From Fimicolochytrium jonesii (Eukaryota), in assembly GCF_025526975.1 (NCBI RefSeq), contig NW_026515687.1:434001-498000 (forward strand): a stretch of DNA of 64,000 nt, given 5' to 3'. Of the stretch, positions 37,006 through 48,070 are shown one piece after another. Each line of letters opens with the position of its first letter. The stretch's first letter is position 1. The translations under genes were made by a program, and so were the position numbers. A model generated the notes under the pieces. The model made no database searches, was not told the origin of the DNA, and worked only from the letters and a program-made list of their open reading frames with translations.

Positions 37006-38090
37006 TCATCGGACCTTCTTAGCCTCTCCCGCGGCAGTCCCACGCATGTACTTCCGGCGCTGGGCCATCATATACGTGTACATGGTGTAAAGTCCTGCCA
37101 TGATCACCAAGTGTCAGTATTGGCCACATGGACTCGTGGTGCAATGGCTCCCTACCTGGGGGGTAGATACACGCAATAGCGATGTAAAGATAGTAGATCC
37201 GTTCATCGATGGCCTTGACGTGCGGAAGGGATTTGATCAACAGGATCCATTCTGAGCCGGCGCCGACGGGGTAGAGGACGAAGAAGAACGTGTATCTGTC
37301 GAAAATGATGCGCGGCGTAAGTTAGTTGTCAGCTGATGGACTAATGAAGGGGTAGGTTGTTGGTGTACCTGGCCCACTGGACGATCGCAGGGACGCTGCC
37401 GGCCAGGTTGAACACGTAGTATATGTAGCGGACGAAATCGGCAACGGCCCATGCGCCAAACATGCTGGAGACTGCCCAGTGGTTACGGATCTGCCCGTCC
37501 GAGTGTGAGCACATGTGTAAAAGTTTCGAACATGTCCAATGGAAGAGCGGATGGTCGACACACACCTCGGGAAGCTTCACGAGGCTGAGTACACCGTGCA
37601 CCAGCAACAGCCGGGAGAAGACCTGTATCGTCGTTGTGCCAACGGGGGCTTTCACCAAACCTGTCCATTTCCGTCAGCCCCATCCCAAACATGTCTCGCG
37701 TTGCTGATGATGCCTACCAAGAGCTGCATGGACGATCTAGCAATGAGAGGGGGGCATCAGCGGAACGCCACTTCCAACATATCGCCAACACCCCCCGCCT
37801 CAGCCCCATACCTCCAAAAGCGCCAGCGTCTGCACGATGGTGACTTCCTCGCCCGCAGCGCGGTACACGCGGGTGAAGTCTCCATTATCGGCGACGAGCT
37901 GCGTGACCAGCTTGTAGAAGACGTATGCCCACCCGCCGGCGGAGACCAGGTTGTAGAGGACGAGGTAGGCCGTTGTCAGCGCTGGAAGAAATTGGGGTTC
38001 AGCGGGAGTAGGACAACATTATAGTAGCCGTCGCATACGCTTACGGTTTGCTTTCGACTGGGCGACGGCGGCGGTGCGTGGTTTGGCCAT
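37006..38090 (-). CDS. PHS1: Very-long-chain 3-hydroxyacyl-CoA dehydratase (PTPLA family), multi-exon
   Basis: YLVLYN..SA.GW, VQTLALLEIVHAALG, QVFSRL, AWAVADFVRYIYY, WARY, YPPGLYTMYTYMMAQRRK. Confidence 0.92.
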
Positions 38091-38439
38091 GTTGCTCTTG
38101 GAGTATCACAGGAGTATGCTCTTGGGCCGGTCAGGATGTTGCAAGCCTTGAAGAACGAACGCACGGCCGTCCCTTGTGATCTTCGAAGGCCTGTGCCGGA
38201 TAACCGGAGTTTGCGGTGGAAGGCCCCGCGGTGTGACGGCGGACGTGGCGGTTGTCGGCGAGGTGTGACATCGAGTGTGACATCCTGTCCATCCTGTCCA
38301 TCCTGCCGCTACCCAACACTCCCCCGCAAAACGCTCATCGCGGAAGGACTCCAATTCTGACAGACTTTTGTGCCAGCAGCGATACACCAGCTCTGTAGGA
38401 CGTAGTTACCGCTTCACCGTTGACCGCCCACGTCTCAAG

Positions 38440-41038
38440 ATGACCTCTGGCTCAGAAGACAAACCAAAGAAGGAGCCCTCGGCCGTCGCCAAACTCTACA
38501 GCTCCATAGCCACCCTCCCCTCCTTCTCCTCCGCCCTCATCTTCCCCTCCACCAAGCCCGGCACCGCCCGCGTCGTCGTTTCCGGCACCGTGCGAGACTT
38601 GAACCGCAACACGCGTAGGAAGCTTGTCTCGGAGATCACCGTCGCGGAGGAAGGGAAGGAGGTGTTGGCCGAGCCTTTCACTTCGGAGGTGTCGGATGGC
38701 GCGGGGTTGCTGGTGCAATTTAGGGATGGGAAGCGGTGGGTTCAGCTGAAGACTGTGGATGATAAGGAGAAGGGGAAGCGGTTCTTCGTTGAGGTGGGTA
38801 TCGTGCGACGGGTCAAGGTGTTGTCAAAATTGAGTGCCCGTCCAACGCGCATACAATGCTATATAGGTTTGGAGCTCGGGCCGCATTGTCAAGAGCATCG
38901 AAGTGACAGAGTCTCACAAGGCTTTCTACGAGGATGGTACGTTTGATCATCCCGTCTGTTCGAAGATGTATGTGGAATTGGCCCTAACGTCGTTGCCCCT
39001 GATAGACTGGTTTGGCTCCATCGTATTGTCGAGCGACGAGGAGAAAGTCGCCTACGTCGCCGAACGCAAGCTCCCGGACGAGAAAGGTCCCGAAAAGTTC
39101 GTTTTCCGACCGGATTGGGGCGAAAAGTTCAACAAAAAGGGTGCGCCATCCATTGTGATCTGCGATCTGGAGTCGGAGGAAATTAGGGTCCTCAAGGAAT
39201 TCGATGATCTCGCTGTCGGGGCCGTGCAGTTTGGTCCCAAGGATGAGAGTTTGATCTTTTGGGGTGTCAGGACCAACCCTCGTCAGTACGGAATTCTATT
39301 CTGCCCCAACCGAGTGTAAGTTGTTCATGGAAGGGATCCTGCATGGTCGTCGTGACTCTTAGCAACCCCGTTTCGACCACAGGAGCGGAATCTACCAATC
39401 GGACCTCGAAGGAAACGGTCTAAAGCTGCTAACGGACCCGAACGAGGCATCAAGGTCTCCACGTCTAGATGCCAAAAAGGAAACGCTCTACTTTATTTCC
39501 AACCCCATCGGCGGCCCTCACTTCACCTGCGGCAAGATCTCTTCCATCTCCTTGGGCGGCAAAGCGGAAATCAAGAGCGTTCTACCTTACGTCGAGACAC
39601 CTGGACCATCAGATTTCCCTGGTCTGTTCATTGACCGTATCCCCATCAATGGCATAGTGGAAACCGGCGACGCCCGCTGGATTGTCGTTACGAACACATG
39701 GAGGAGCCGGGTTACTATTGCTGCAATCAATGTGGCCAGTGGGAAGGTTGTGGATCTGTGCCCCAAGGTCGAAACTGGGTCTTGGAGAGCGATTGGAGTT
39801 CATGGTACTTGGGTGGCTGCGATTCGCAGTGAACCAGGGGTGCCGCAAGTAGTGGTGAGTAAACTGAGTGCCAAAAAGGGCGTACCCCGGCCTCGCTAAT
39901 GAGTTTACTACAACCCCAGCACGTCGGAGTCCTAAAACTGACCTCCGACTCAGCATCCATCGCTTTCCACTCCATACACGCCCCTTCCCCCGCCCCCCCA
40001 CCCATCAAATGGCGCACCCTTACCTTCCCCGACCGCTCCTCCATCCTCGAAGCCATCCTCGTCACCCCAATCTCACCCCAACCCAAAACCCTCGTAAAAG
40101 GCACCAAACCCCCGCTCCTCGTCTTCCCCCACGGCGGCCCGCACGGCTCCTTCGCGACCGAGTTTTACCTCTACAATTACCTCCTCACCCGCGTCGGGTT
40201 CGCGCTGTTGATGGTCAACTACCGTGGATCCACGGGGTTCGGGAAAGGGGGGATTGAGAGTTTGATTGGGAGGGTCGGCGATCTTGATGTGGAGGACACG
40301 CAGTATGTTGCGGAGGAGGTTCGCAAGTCAGGGGAAGTGGATCCGGACCGCGTGGCCCTTTGGGGTGGATCCCATGGCGGGTTCCTCACCGCTTGGCTGG
40401 TGGGCAAGTACCCGGACTACTATAAGGCCGCGGTGCTCCGTAACCCGGTCATCAACATGGGATCTAACCTCGCGCAGTCGGATATCCCCGATTGGTCGCT
40501 CGCGGAAGCGGTAAGTAAATCCGTGCTCATTCCTCATCCCAACCCAATCTCACCCCACCTCCTTTCTCCTCAGGGAATCGAATACGACCTCACCCAACCC
40601 CCCCTCGTGACCCCCGAGATCTATGCATCCCTTTGGAAAGCATCCCCGTTCTCCGTCGCGGCCGCCGTCAAGACGCCCTCGCTTGTCATGCTGGGAAGCG
40701 ATGACCGGCGTGTTCCCAACTACGAGGGGTTAAACTGGTATTATTATCTCAAGGGGAGGGGGGTTGATGTTAGGTAGGTTGTGGTTGAGGAGGGGAGGGG
40801 GGGGGGGGGGGGGGGGTTGCTTGGGGTTGCTTTTTGGATTGTGTTTTGTTGATTCATTGATTGTTATTACAGGGCGATGATGTTCCCGGACAACGGCCAC
40901 GCCCTCGACGGCGTCGAAACGGAGAAGCACGGATTTGAAGCCCTCACGCACTTCCTGTTGGAGTTTGTCGCCCACAAATTAGGGTCGGTAGCCCCTTCGC
41001 GGGGACCCGGTGACACTTACGGAGACATCGGCGAGTGA
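38440..41038 (+). CDS. Acylamino-acid-releasing enzyme (peptidase S9C, APEH-like), multi-exon
   Basis: PDWGE, FCPNR, GGPH, HGGPH, VNYRGSTGFG, GGSHGG nucleophile, DDRRVP acid, NGHAL His. Confidence 0.93.
40789..40816. repeat. Poly-G tract inside the last APEH intron
   Basis: Read directly. Confidence 0.9.
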
Positions 41039-41815
41039 GGACTAATAGATTAGCTGGGATTTCGAAAGCTTGGTTTCTTTCCTCGAGAGTCGGCGTATAT
41101 GTTGGGTCATGTTCTCGATCCATTTCTTCACCACATCACCAATTCATCCTTGCTTTCGCATACCTTCCGTAGTCGCCATACCTTGCAATGCAGCATAGAA
41201 AGGTAAGTAACGTCACAGGAAGAATAAGTTTCAGTGTAAGCTGGCTGTGACAATACATTTGGAACACCAGACCACCTGTTCCCTATATCTCTGATATACA
41301 CCCATTGAATCTCAAACATCACACTGTATGCAATGCCATTACCTCAAGAAGACGCGACCTGTGCCGACAGCCGATACGACGCGCGGAAGTGTTAGAGCTG
41401 CCGTCCCGCCGTCCCCTCCATGTCGCCGTCCACCGTCCCACCCCAAGCGACCGCAGCATTCCCAGCCCCAGAATCGCCACCTTCCTCCACCCTCCTCGGA
41501 TCCGCGGCTCGCTTCCGTCGCCGTTTTTCGAGGTGATCCCGAACGCGCCAGGTAGTCAACACACCGACAAGCACCAACAAAGCCAACAACATCGCGACCA
41601 GCACTACGTAGCAAGGCTACGCCCAGTTTAGCAACCCCCCCACCACCGCCCCCTCGCCATCTCCCCGCACTCGTAGCACCCACCCCCGGCAACCCCGCCC
41701 TCCCCACAATCGGCAACGCCACCGCCAATCCCCCACAAGCGCAACAACCGTCTCGTCCTCCCGTCCTCCCGTCAGCCCGTTTCGGACATCCCTTCGCGCG
41801 GAAACTCCCAGAAAG

Positions 41816-42393
41816 ATGAGCGAGGATCTCGACGACATACGGGCAAAAGCGGAGGTGTCCGTAGGCTTGGTCCGCAAGCTCGTCTCCGGCTGGCTTCCAA
41901 AAGAACCTGCGCACGAGAAGAAAAAACACCACGGCGAGACAAAACGGTGGGTGTGCCAGGGCGGCTTTTCACTACGAGCAAAGCACATAGCTGACCAGAA
42001 TTGGCATTCAAACAGGCCGCAAGCCCTGTATGCAGCTGACCCGGCACAGTCGACTCGCAATGCTCAGTTGAAGAGAAAACTAATCGGTACACCTCACGCA
42101 CTGGCGATAGACGGGCAACCGGTGCCTGAGGGAGGAGACCTGGCTGTGGAGAAAGCCACGAAGAAAGGTCGGTCTCGTGGCCACTGATGGGTTGGATGGG
42201 GTTCTGCGTTCCTCATACCCTAAAAGCAGGAGAAGCCGACTCCGACGACGAAGAAGAACGTAGGCTGCGCAAAGTCGCTAGCACCTCGAAGGTCATTCAG
42301 AAGCCAAAGGATCCCATGGCAGCCTATCTGAGTGCGAGTAAGAAAAAGAAAAAGAGCAAAAACCTGAAAGCCGAAGCAAGCGCTGTTCGGTAG
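41816..42393 (+). CDS. Small basic protein, DUF3245-like (putative nucleolar), 3 exons
   Basis: KAEVSVGLVRKLVSGWL, LKRKLIG, DSDDEEE, YLSASKKKKK pattern; GT-AG introns. Confidence 0.6.
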
Positions 42394-44386
42394 GAGCCAG
42401 GGGATGCCTTCACTACACCACGGGACGCCGGGCGGGCAACCAATCTACTGGGATTAAAAGGGAACCAGGTTCAAAAAGGAAAAAGGAAGGCTCCTCAGAG
42501 GTGACCCCGCGATCACGGGAAAACATTATCGATGATTATGCTACAAAACTTGTGGAATCCGCCTCCTCTCGGTCGGAGTGTGTAGGCGCTATCTAACGCA
42601 CAATTGTTGATGACTATACGCTTTGACGCCTGACGTTGTGGTGGTGGCCGGCAGAAGCGAGGGTCTGTCGAATACGGGTTTACGGTCGGGTGTCGGGAAA
42701 AATAAGCTGCCGGTCTCTCAATAGCACAAGAAGAGATCTCAAGCGAGAGCGTCGTCTTGCCATCTTAATATCCAGGTGCTTTGAAAGGAGTCCTTCTTCT
42801 AATACGGGGTCAGGAATTACGGGCACGGGTACAAAATACGGAATCGGAATATCTGCGGGTTTGACTACAAAACAAAACAACGGGGTTATCCAGTCTCACT
42901 CTCAGCTCTTCTTACAAGATTCCTGAACTATCAAGTCCTCGGCGACATCAGCAAAGTACAAGTCGCGACACTCGGGGTCGTCTTGTCTAAGCTCTCCGGG
43001 TCTATGAGCGCGCCTTGAAAGTCTATCAGAAACTGAAAGAAGTCGTCGGGAGTAGAGAAGTAGAAAGCTCTGTTGTTGATCGGGATCTGTGTCCTGCGTC
43101 TCGTACAAAGGTCTGGGGAAACAGGCGGGTTTTTATACGGACTTTTCTAGGCTACGGGATTTTGTCGATGTCCAAACTCTGTACTAGTCGTCTCTAGAGG
43201 ATTTAGCTACGTCAGGGTCTTTTTCTCTTTTCTTGCGGCGGTCTACATAGTTTTTCCTTTTTACATTCGCAATTTTGGCGCTGATACAGTCTTATCGCTA
43301 ATCTTTTCTCGGGGTTTTCTACAACGTTCGGCGTATACGGCCACCGGAAATTGGTTTTCTCGTTTCGCAGGTGATTTCTTCAGCGTTTCGGGCGTTGTGG
43401 GAGCTTCTGGTTGGTTGAGAGTCGGGTCGGGGGTGCTTTCATGTGTGAGATCCTCTCCTACGCCTACATTTTTCGCATGTCAGTCGTATCCGAGGACAAA
43501 ACGTCGTTGTGAAGCAAGGTTTTGGTAAAGGTAGTTGTATTTGGTAATCGTCGGAGTGTCGGAAACGCGAGTAAGTCGATTTATTACTGAAAGTTTTGAC
43601 GGTATTTAACGTTGTGATATAAAAGTGAGTTCATTTGTTCGTCGGGAATTCTGGGCGTGTAATTGACGTTGAAATATTATCCATTTCATGCGCAGTTTGA
43701 AGCGCACTACTACAACGTAAGGCCAGCGCACCCACCTCAGATGGATGGTGCCAAAAGTGACTCTTTCTTTTGGGTGATGGTGGAACCTCCGACGCCGGCC
43801 TATTGCGTTGACGATGTGTCTGGAGCCATACTGAGTTCTGTTTTGACGGCAAGTGGCGGTTCCATAGGTTCCTTTTTCATGAATGGTAGTTGCGTTTGAC
43901 AATCTTAATCGGTGATAGGTGCTACTAGGCAAATCCTGTCGGGGATATCTCATCTTCACTTGTATTTTGTTATTATACTTCTTTACTTCTACATGATCCG
44001 AGACTCGGGCTGGCCACCCAAGCTCTCGGTGATACCTAAGACTCCAAGCCTCATTGGAGCCACGCAAGCCCCATTGCAGCCCATATATAAGGCTGTCAGT
44101 TGAGCGGCCGCTGCAAAGGAATTCTTACTTGTTTCTTCACTCCAATACATCATTTTCAGCCCTCTCGGAAGGGCCCATTACCGTCCAAGTTTCCTCTGAC
44201 ATTACAAATCCAGCTGCTCAAAGTGACAAACTCATGCTTCGCCTATGGGAGAACATACGTTGATCGAAAATTAGATACTAGACGTTGTGAGGGCAGTAAA
44301 ATGGTCAGAAGAATGTACCTCTGAGCACTCAATATATGATGCCTGTGGGTCAGCAATGTTTCCAAATATCAACCTCAAATGTTTTG

Positions 44387-44732
44387 CACCATTTACCAAA
44401 AAGGCCTGAACATCGCTGCCCATCCCTCCCAAGTATAGTTTTGACGCAGACCCGTGGAAGGAGAGTCTCCACCAATTCATAATTAAATGTAAAATTGAAC
44501 AGCAGATTCTTGTATTATTGCTGAATACATGAAGCCATGTTTTTCCTTATTTTTTTTACATAACATCGCAGGACCTACAGCGAAAACCATCACCCCAACC
44601 CCATCAAGAGATCAGAGAGTGGTTCGGCCCCAAATTCGGAAGTGCCATATCCCACTACAGGTGATGAGCAAGGCGTTCATGCTCTGGATGTTCTACAGCG
44701 CACTCCTGAAGTGTTGGTTGCTTGGATTCTGC
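44387..44732 (+). mobile_element. Decayed repeat copy 2 (direct repeat of 36175-36523) within a larger degenerate block (~42500-45400)
   Basis: Direct by-eye alignment with copy 1. Confidence 0.8.
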
Positions 44733-45626
44733 GATGCAAAAACTTGGAGGAACGCGGAGCCCCCACTTCCCATATTGTCGAAATGCATCAATCGCCGTTC
44801 GGACGGAGAAGCAATGATGCATGCTATCCGCTGCCGCCCCCGTATACCTAAACACAGGACTTCATTCGCTAGACGTATTTCTCAGAACACAAAAAGGTGC
44901 CAACCTTGTATCACCAACGAAAACGGTTATTCCTACGGCGCGGTTATTGTGAAAATAGATACGCCGGGAGGGATCCCGACCGACATGTCAAGTGGGTCTA
45001 GTGGGACTCGATTTGAGGCTTGACCCTGCGACCCATCAGCTTCCCTCGATATGAGCCAGACGAGCACCCGGCGATCATCTTCCAAGTCGGCCTGTATGAC
45101 TGCAGTAAGTGGAGATTTCCGATTGTACTGCATACGTAGCGACGCGCTGTCGAATTTCTGTCATTTGCAAGATCCTTATCAGCCCACACAACTCCAACGC
45201 CAGGCGCCGGCCATATGACTTTGTTGGGCGTTGATAAACTCGATCGTCGGTGTGTCTTTTGCAACTTTAGTGAAGGAAGCGGCTTTGTGTTCGCGCGGCC
45301 GCGTAATTTGTGTAGGTTGTTGGGCTCCGACTGTCGGAGCAAACTCGAATGTATTCATATTATAGACTGGAGAGAGGACAGGCTGGTGTATGTACTGTGC
45401 AGTACATCTCCCTTCGCATCAACCACCAACGCGGGCAAATGAGATGACACGGAATGGGCAACGCAAAATATCTCTCGGCGTCTCGCCGCACCGTTCAAAC
45501 ATGTTCGAGTCCGCAAATTGGCCGGCTCCCGAACCAAATCACGGCAGATAAAAAGCCGTCTCCCGTTCACAGAACCTTCTTCCACCCCAGGTTTTCAAAC
45601 TCCGACAACGAAGCCCCCCAGAAACA

Positions 45627-47584
45627 ATGCACGTCATCAAGCTCATAACCCTCGCCGCCTTCTCATCAACGGCCTTCGCTCTCCCGGTCGTCAACCACAA
45701 CGACGATGCACCGTGGCATGACCTCCTAATCTCTCGCCTCGAAACCGTGCGCCATAATGCGGGAGTGCGCGGCGGTTCCGTCGCCGTCGTTCACGGTGAC
45801 AAGACCTGGCTGCACGCGTTTGGGCATAAGGATTTGGAACAGACCCAGCCGGTGGACGTTGACACGTCGTTTCTTATCGGGTCGTGTACTAAGGTACTGT
45901 GCTGGGGACACTTCTTTCGAAAGTGGCTTTTGTCTTGTTTCGGGGCAGAGCCACTCAATAAATTCATCTGGTTTGTCCCGATCAGTCGTTTACGGCCCTC
46001 GGCGCGGCCAAAGCCGTTGCGCAGGGCAAGCTGTACTACGATAAACCCCTGAACGACTACGTGCGAGATTTCTACCCGGAGTATCTGGGGCTTTGGGACC
46101 CGGTGGCGAACGAGAAAGTGACCCTCGCGGACGTTCTTGCGCATCGCACGGTGAGCAACCATGGGCCGCCGGGGGTCACGTTGGCACGGCTCCACGTTTT
46201 TCGAGCACCTGATACGGTGGTTTTTTCATTTAGGGAGTCGCCGGCGATTTCCCCGTGATCCTAGCATGGAACACGACCGAGCGACTGCTCCAGCATCTCA
46301 AGCACGTCCCCCCGTCCTTCCCCTACAACGGCACCCACACGCCCTTCCAATACAACAACATAATGTACGGCCTCGCGGGGTTTCTCACCGCCAAAGCGAA
46401 CGGCAACGGCGGCGACTGGGCCTCCATGATCCGCCGCGACATTTTCGGGCCGTTGGGGATGAACGCCTCCACGGCGACGCTGGACGATTTCCTCGCCAAA
46501 CCGAACCGCAGCCCGGGGCTGGACCCAGGAACCGACGCGATAGAGGATTCGGTGCTTCCTGCGGAGTCCGCGGGGGCTATTTCGTCGACTGCGAGGGATT
46601 TTGGGAAGTATGCGCACGCATTGTTGAAGACGTTCCGGGGCGAGGCGGATCCGTTGGCGCTTACGAAGGAGGTGTTTGCGCCGTTCCGCGAGAAACAGGG
46701 CGAGGTTCCTGACGGACTGCAACAGCTTTTGGCGACGGTAGGATTGTTGGGTGGTCGGAATATATCGTCCGATGTCAGTTGTAAGTTTCGGGAGGGGAGG
46801 AATCTGTTCCCTTGATTATCGATGCATGTGTGAGCAAAACATCTGACATAACGCCGGCGTGCCTCCTCTACCGTCTGGCCCCTCTGACGCTTTTGTAGAC
46901 ACATTCGGCTTCTGGAAAACCCAGTGGCGCAACTACACCTTCTTCACGCACGGCGGCGATAACAGCGGTTACACCGCAAACTTGTGCGTGCTCCCGGAGG
47001 CCAACCTGGCGGTCACCGTGCAAACCAATGCCGATGGCCCCCACGGCTGTTTCCGCGACCTCGCCTGTGCCGTCGCGTTCGACACCGTGCTGGGTTTCAC
47101 CGACTCCACCAGCTACGACTGCCTATCCCTGCCCCCTAACCCCATCCCGGCCCCGCTCCCCGCCCTTCCGCTCCCCGCCTCTGTCTACACCGGCGTGTTC
47201 GAGTCCCCGATTATGGGTCAATTGGTCGTGACCGACGACGCCCACGGAAACCTTACAGCGGCCGTCGGCGAGCGCCACAAGTTCCTCGACAGCCCGCTGT
47301 ACGCGACGTTGGGGTTCCCCGACGGCCCTGCGAAGGGTCCTTTACCCGGGGCGACACCCGATTCCATCCAGCTTTCTGGCCTGAACCTCATGGGGATGCC
47401 GCACTTTTTCGTCGCCAAGACCACCGTCGGGGAGAACAACACCACGGTGATCGGCGGGTATTACTACGCGCTCGATCGGGATATGACCAAGATCTGCGAG
47501 GAGCCGGGAATCGGATGTCAAGACTTTTTCAAGCGCGTCGACGGCCCGACTACGACCCCGCCGAAATGCCATGCTCGCTCCTAA
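45627..47584 (+). CDS. Secreted beta-lactamase/penicillin-binding-family serine hydrolase, 4 exons
   Basis: Signal peptide MHVIKLITLAAFSSTAFA; FLIGSCTK (SxxK), LAHRTG, FQYNN (YxN), AGAISST, THGG; DUF3471-like YTGVFESPIMG. Confidence 0.9.
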
Positions 47585-47699
47585 CTCCACCCGCCGCGAA
47601 TGAGCCGGGATCTACCGAGGCTTCAGCCTCCACGTCCCCTTGACGGCGTAGATTCCAGAACATTAGATGTGTCATGTTCGTAGTAATTTGTACATAGCA

Positions 47700-48070
47700 C
47701 TGAGTTGGTCGCCGTATTGATAGTAGAAAGACAATCATATTGCATCCTGCCCCTGGTCCTGGGCACACGTCCGCGTGGTATACATTCAGTCAAATGCGGA
47801 CGATTCCCGTGCGTGATGCGTGGAGCAGGGTGTGAATAACAGACTCGTCCGTAAAGGTGTGAAGCCAGGTATTCCTCAGAACATCCGTCGTACGTACAAG
47901 GGTATGGCTTTATCTTCCAAATGTTTGGCATGTGGGCGTCGAAACTCAGCTGTACGCGAATCCTCAGAAAGTCCATCGTGCCAGCAGTCATGCGGTTTCG
48001 TGTTTAGTAGTTCGAAGTCGACGTGGTGTTCAAAGCTCTCTTCTTCGTGAATGCCCCCGCCGGCAGCCGT
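47700..48070 (-). pseudogene. Frameshifted C2H2 zinc-finger remnant
   Basis: TKPHDCWHDG, IKPYPCTYDGCS and THGNRPH linker/finger fragments in different frames. Confidence 0.4.

Noticed and set aside
41392..41604. 70-aa minus-strand ORF with a TM-like segment
   Set aside because: Short, lies in the C-rich upstream region of the neighbouring gene, and has no independent support
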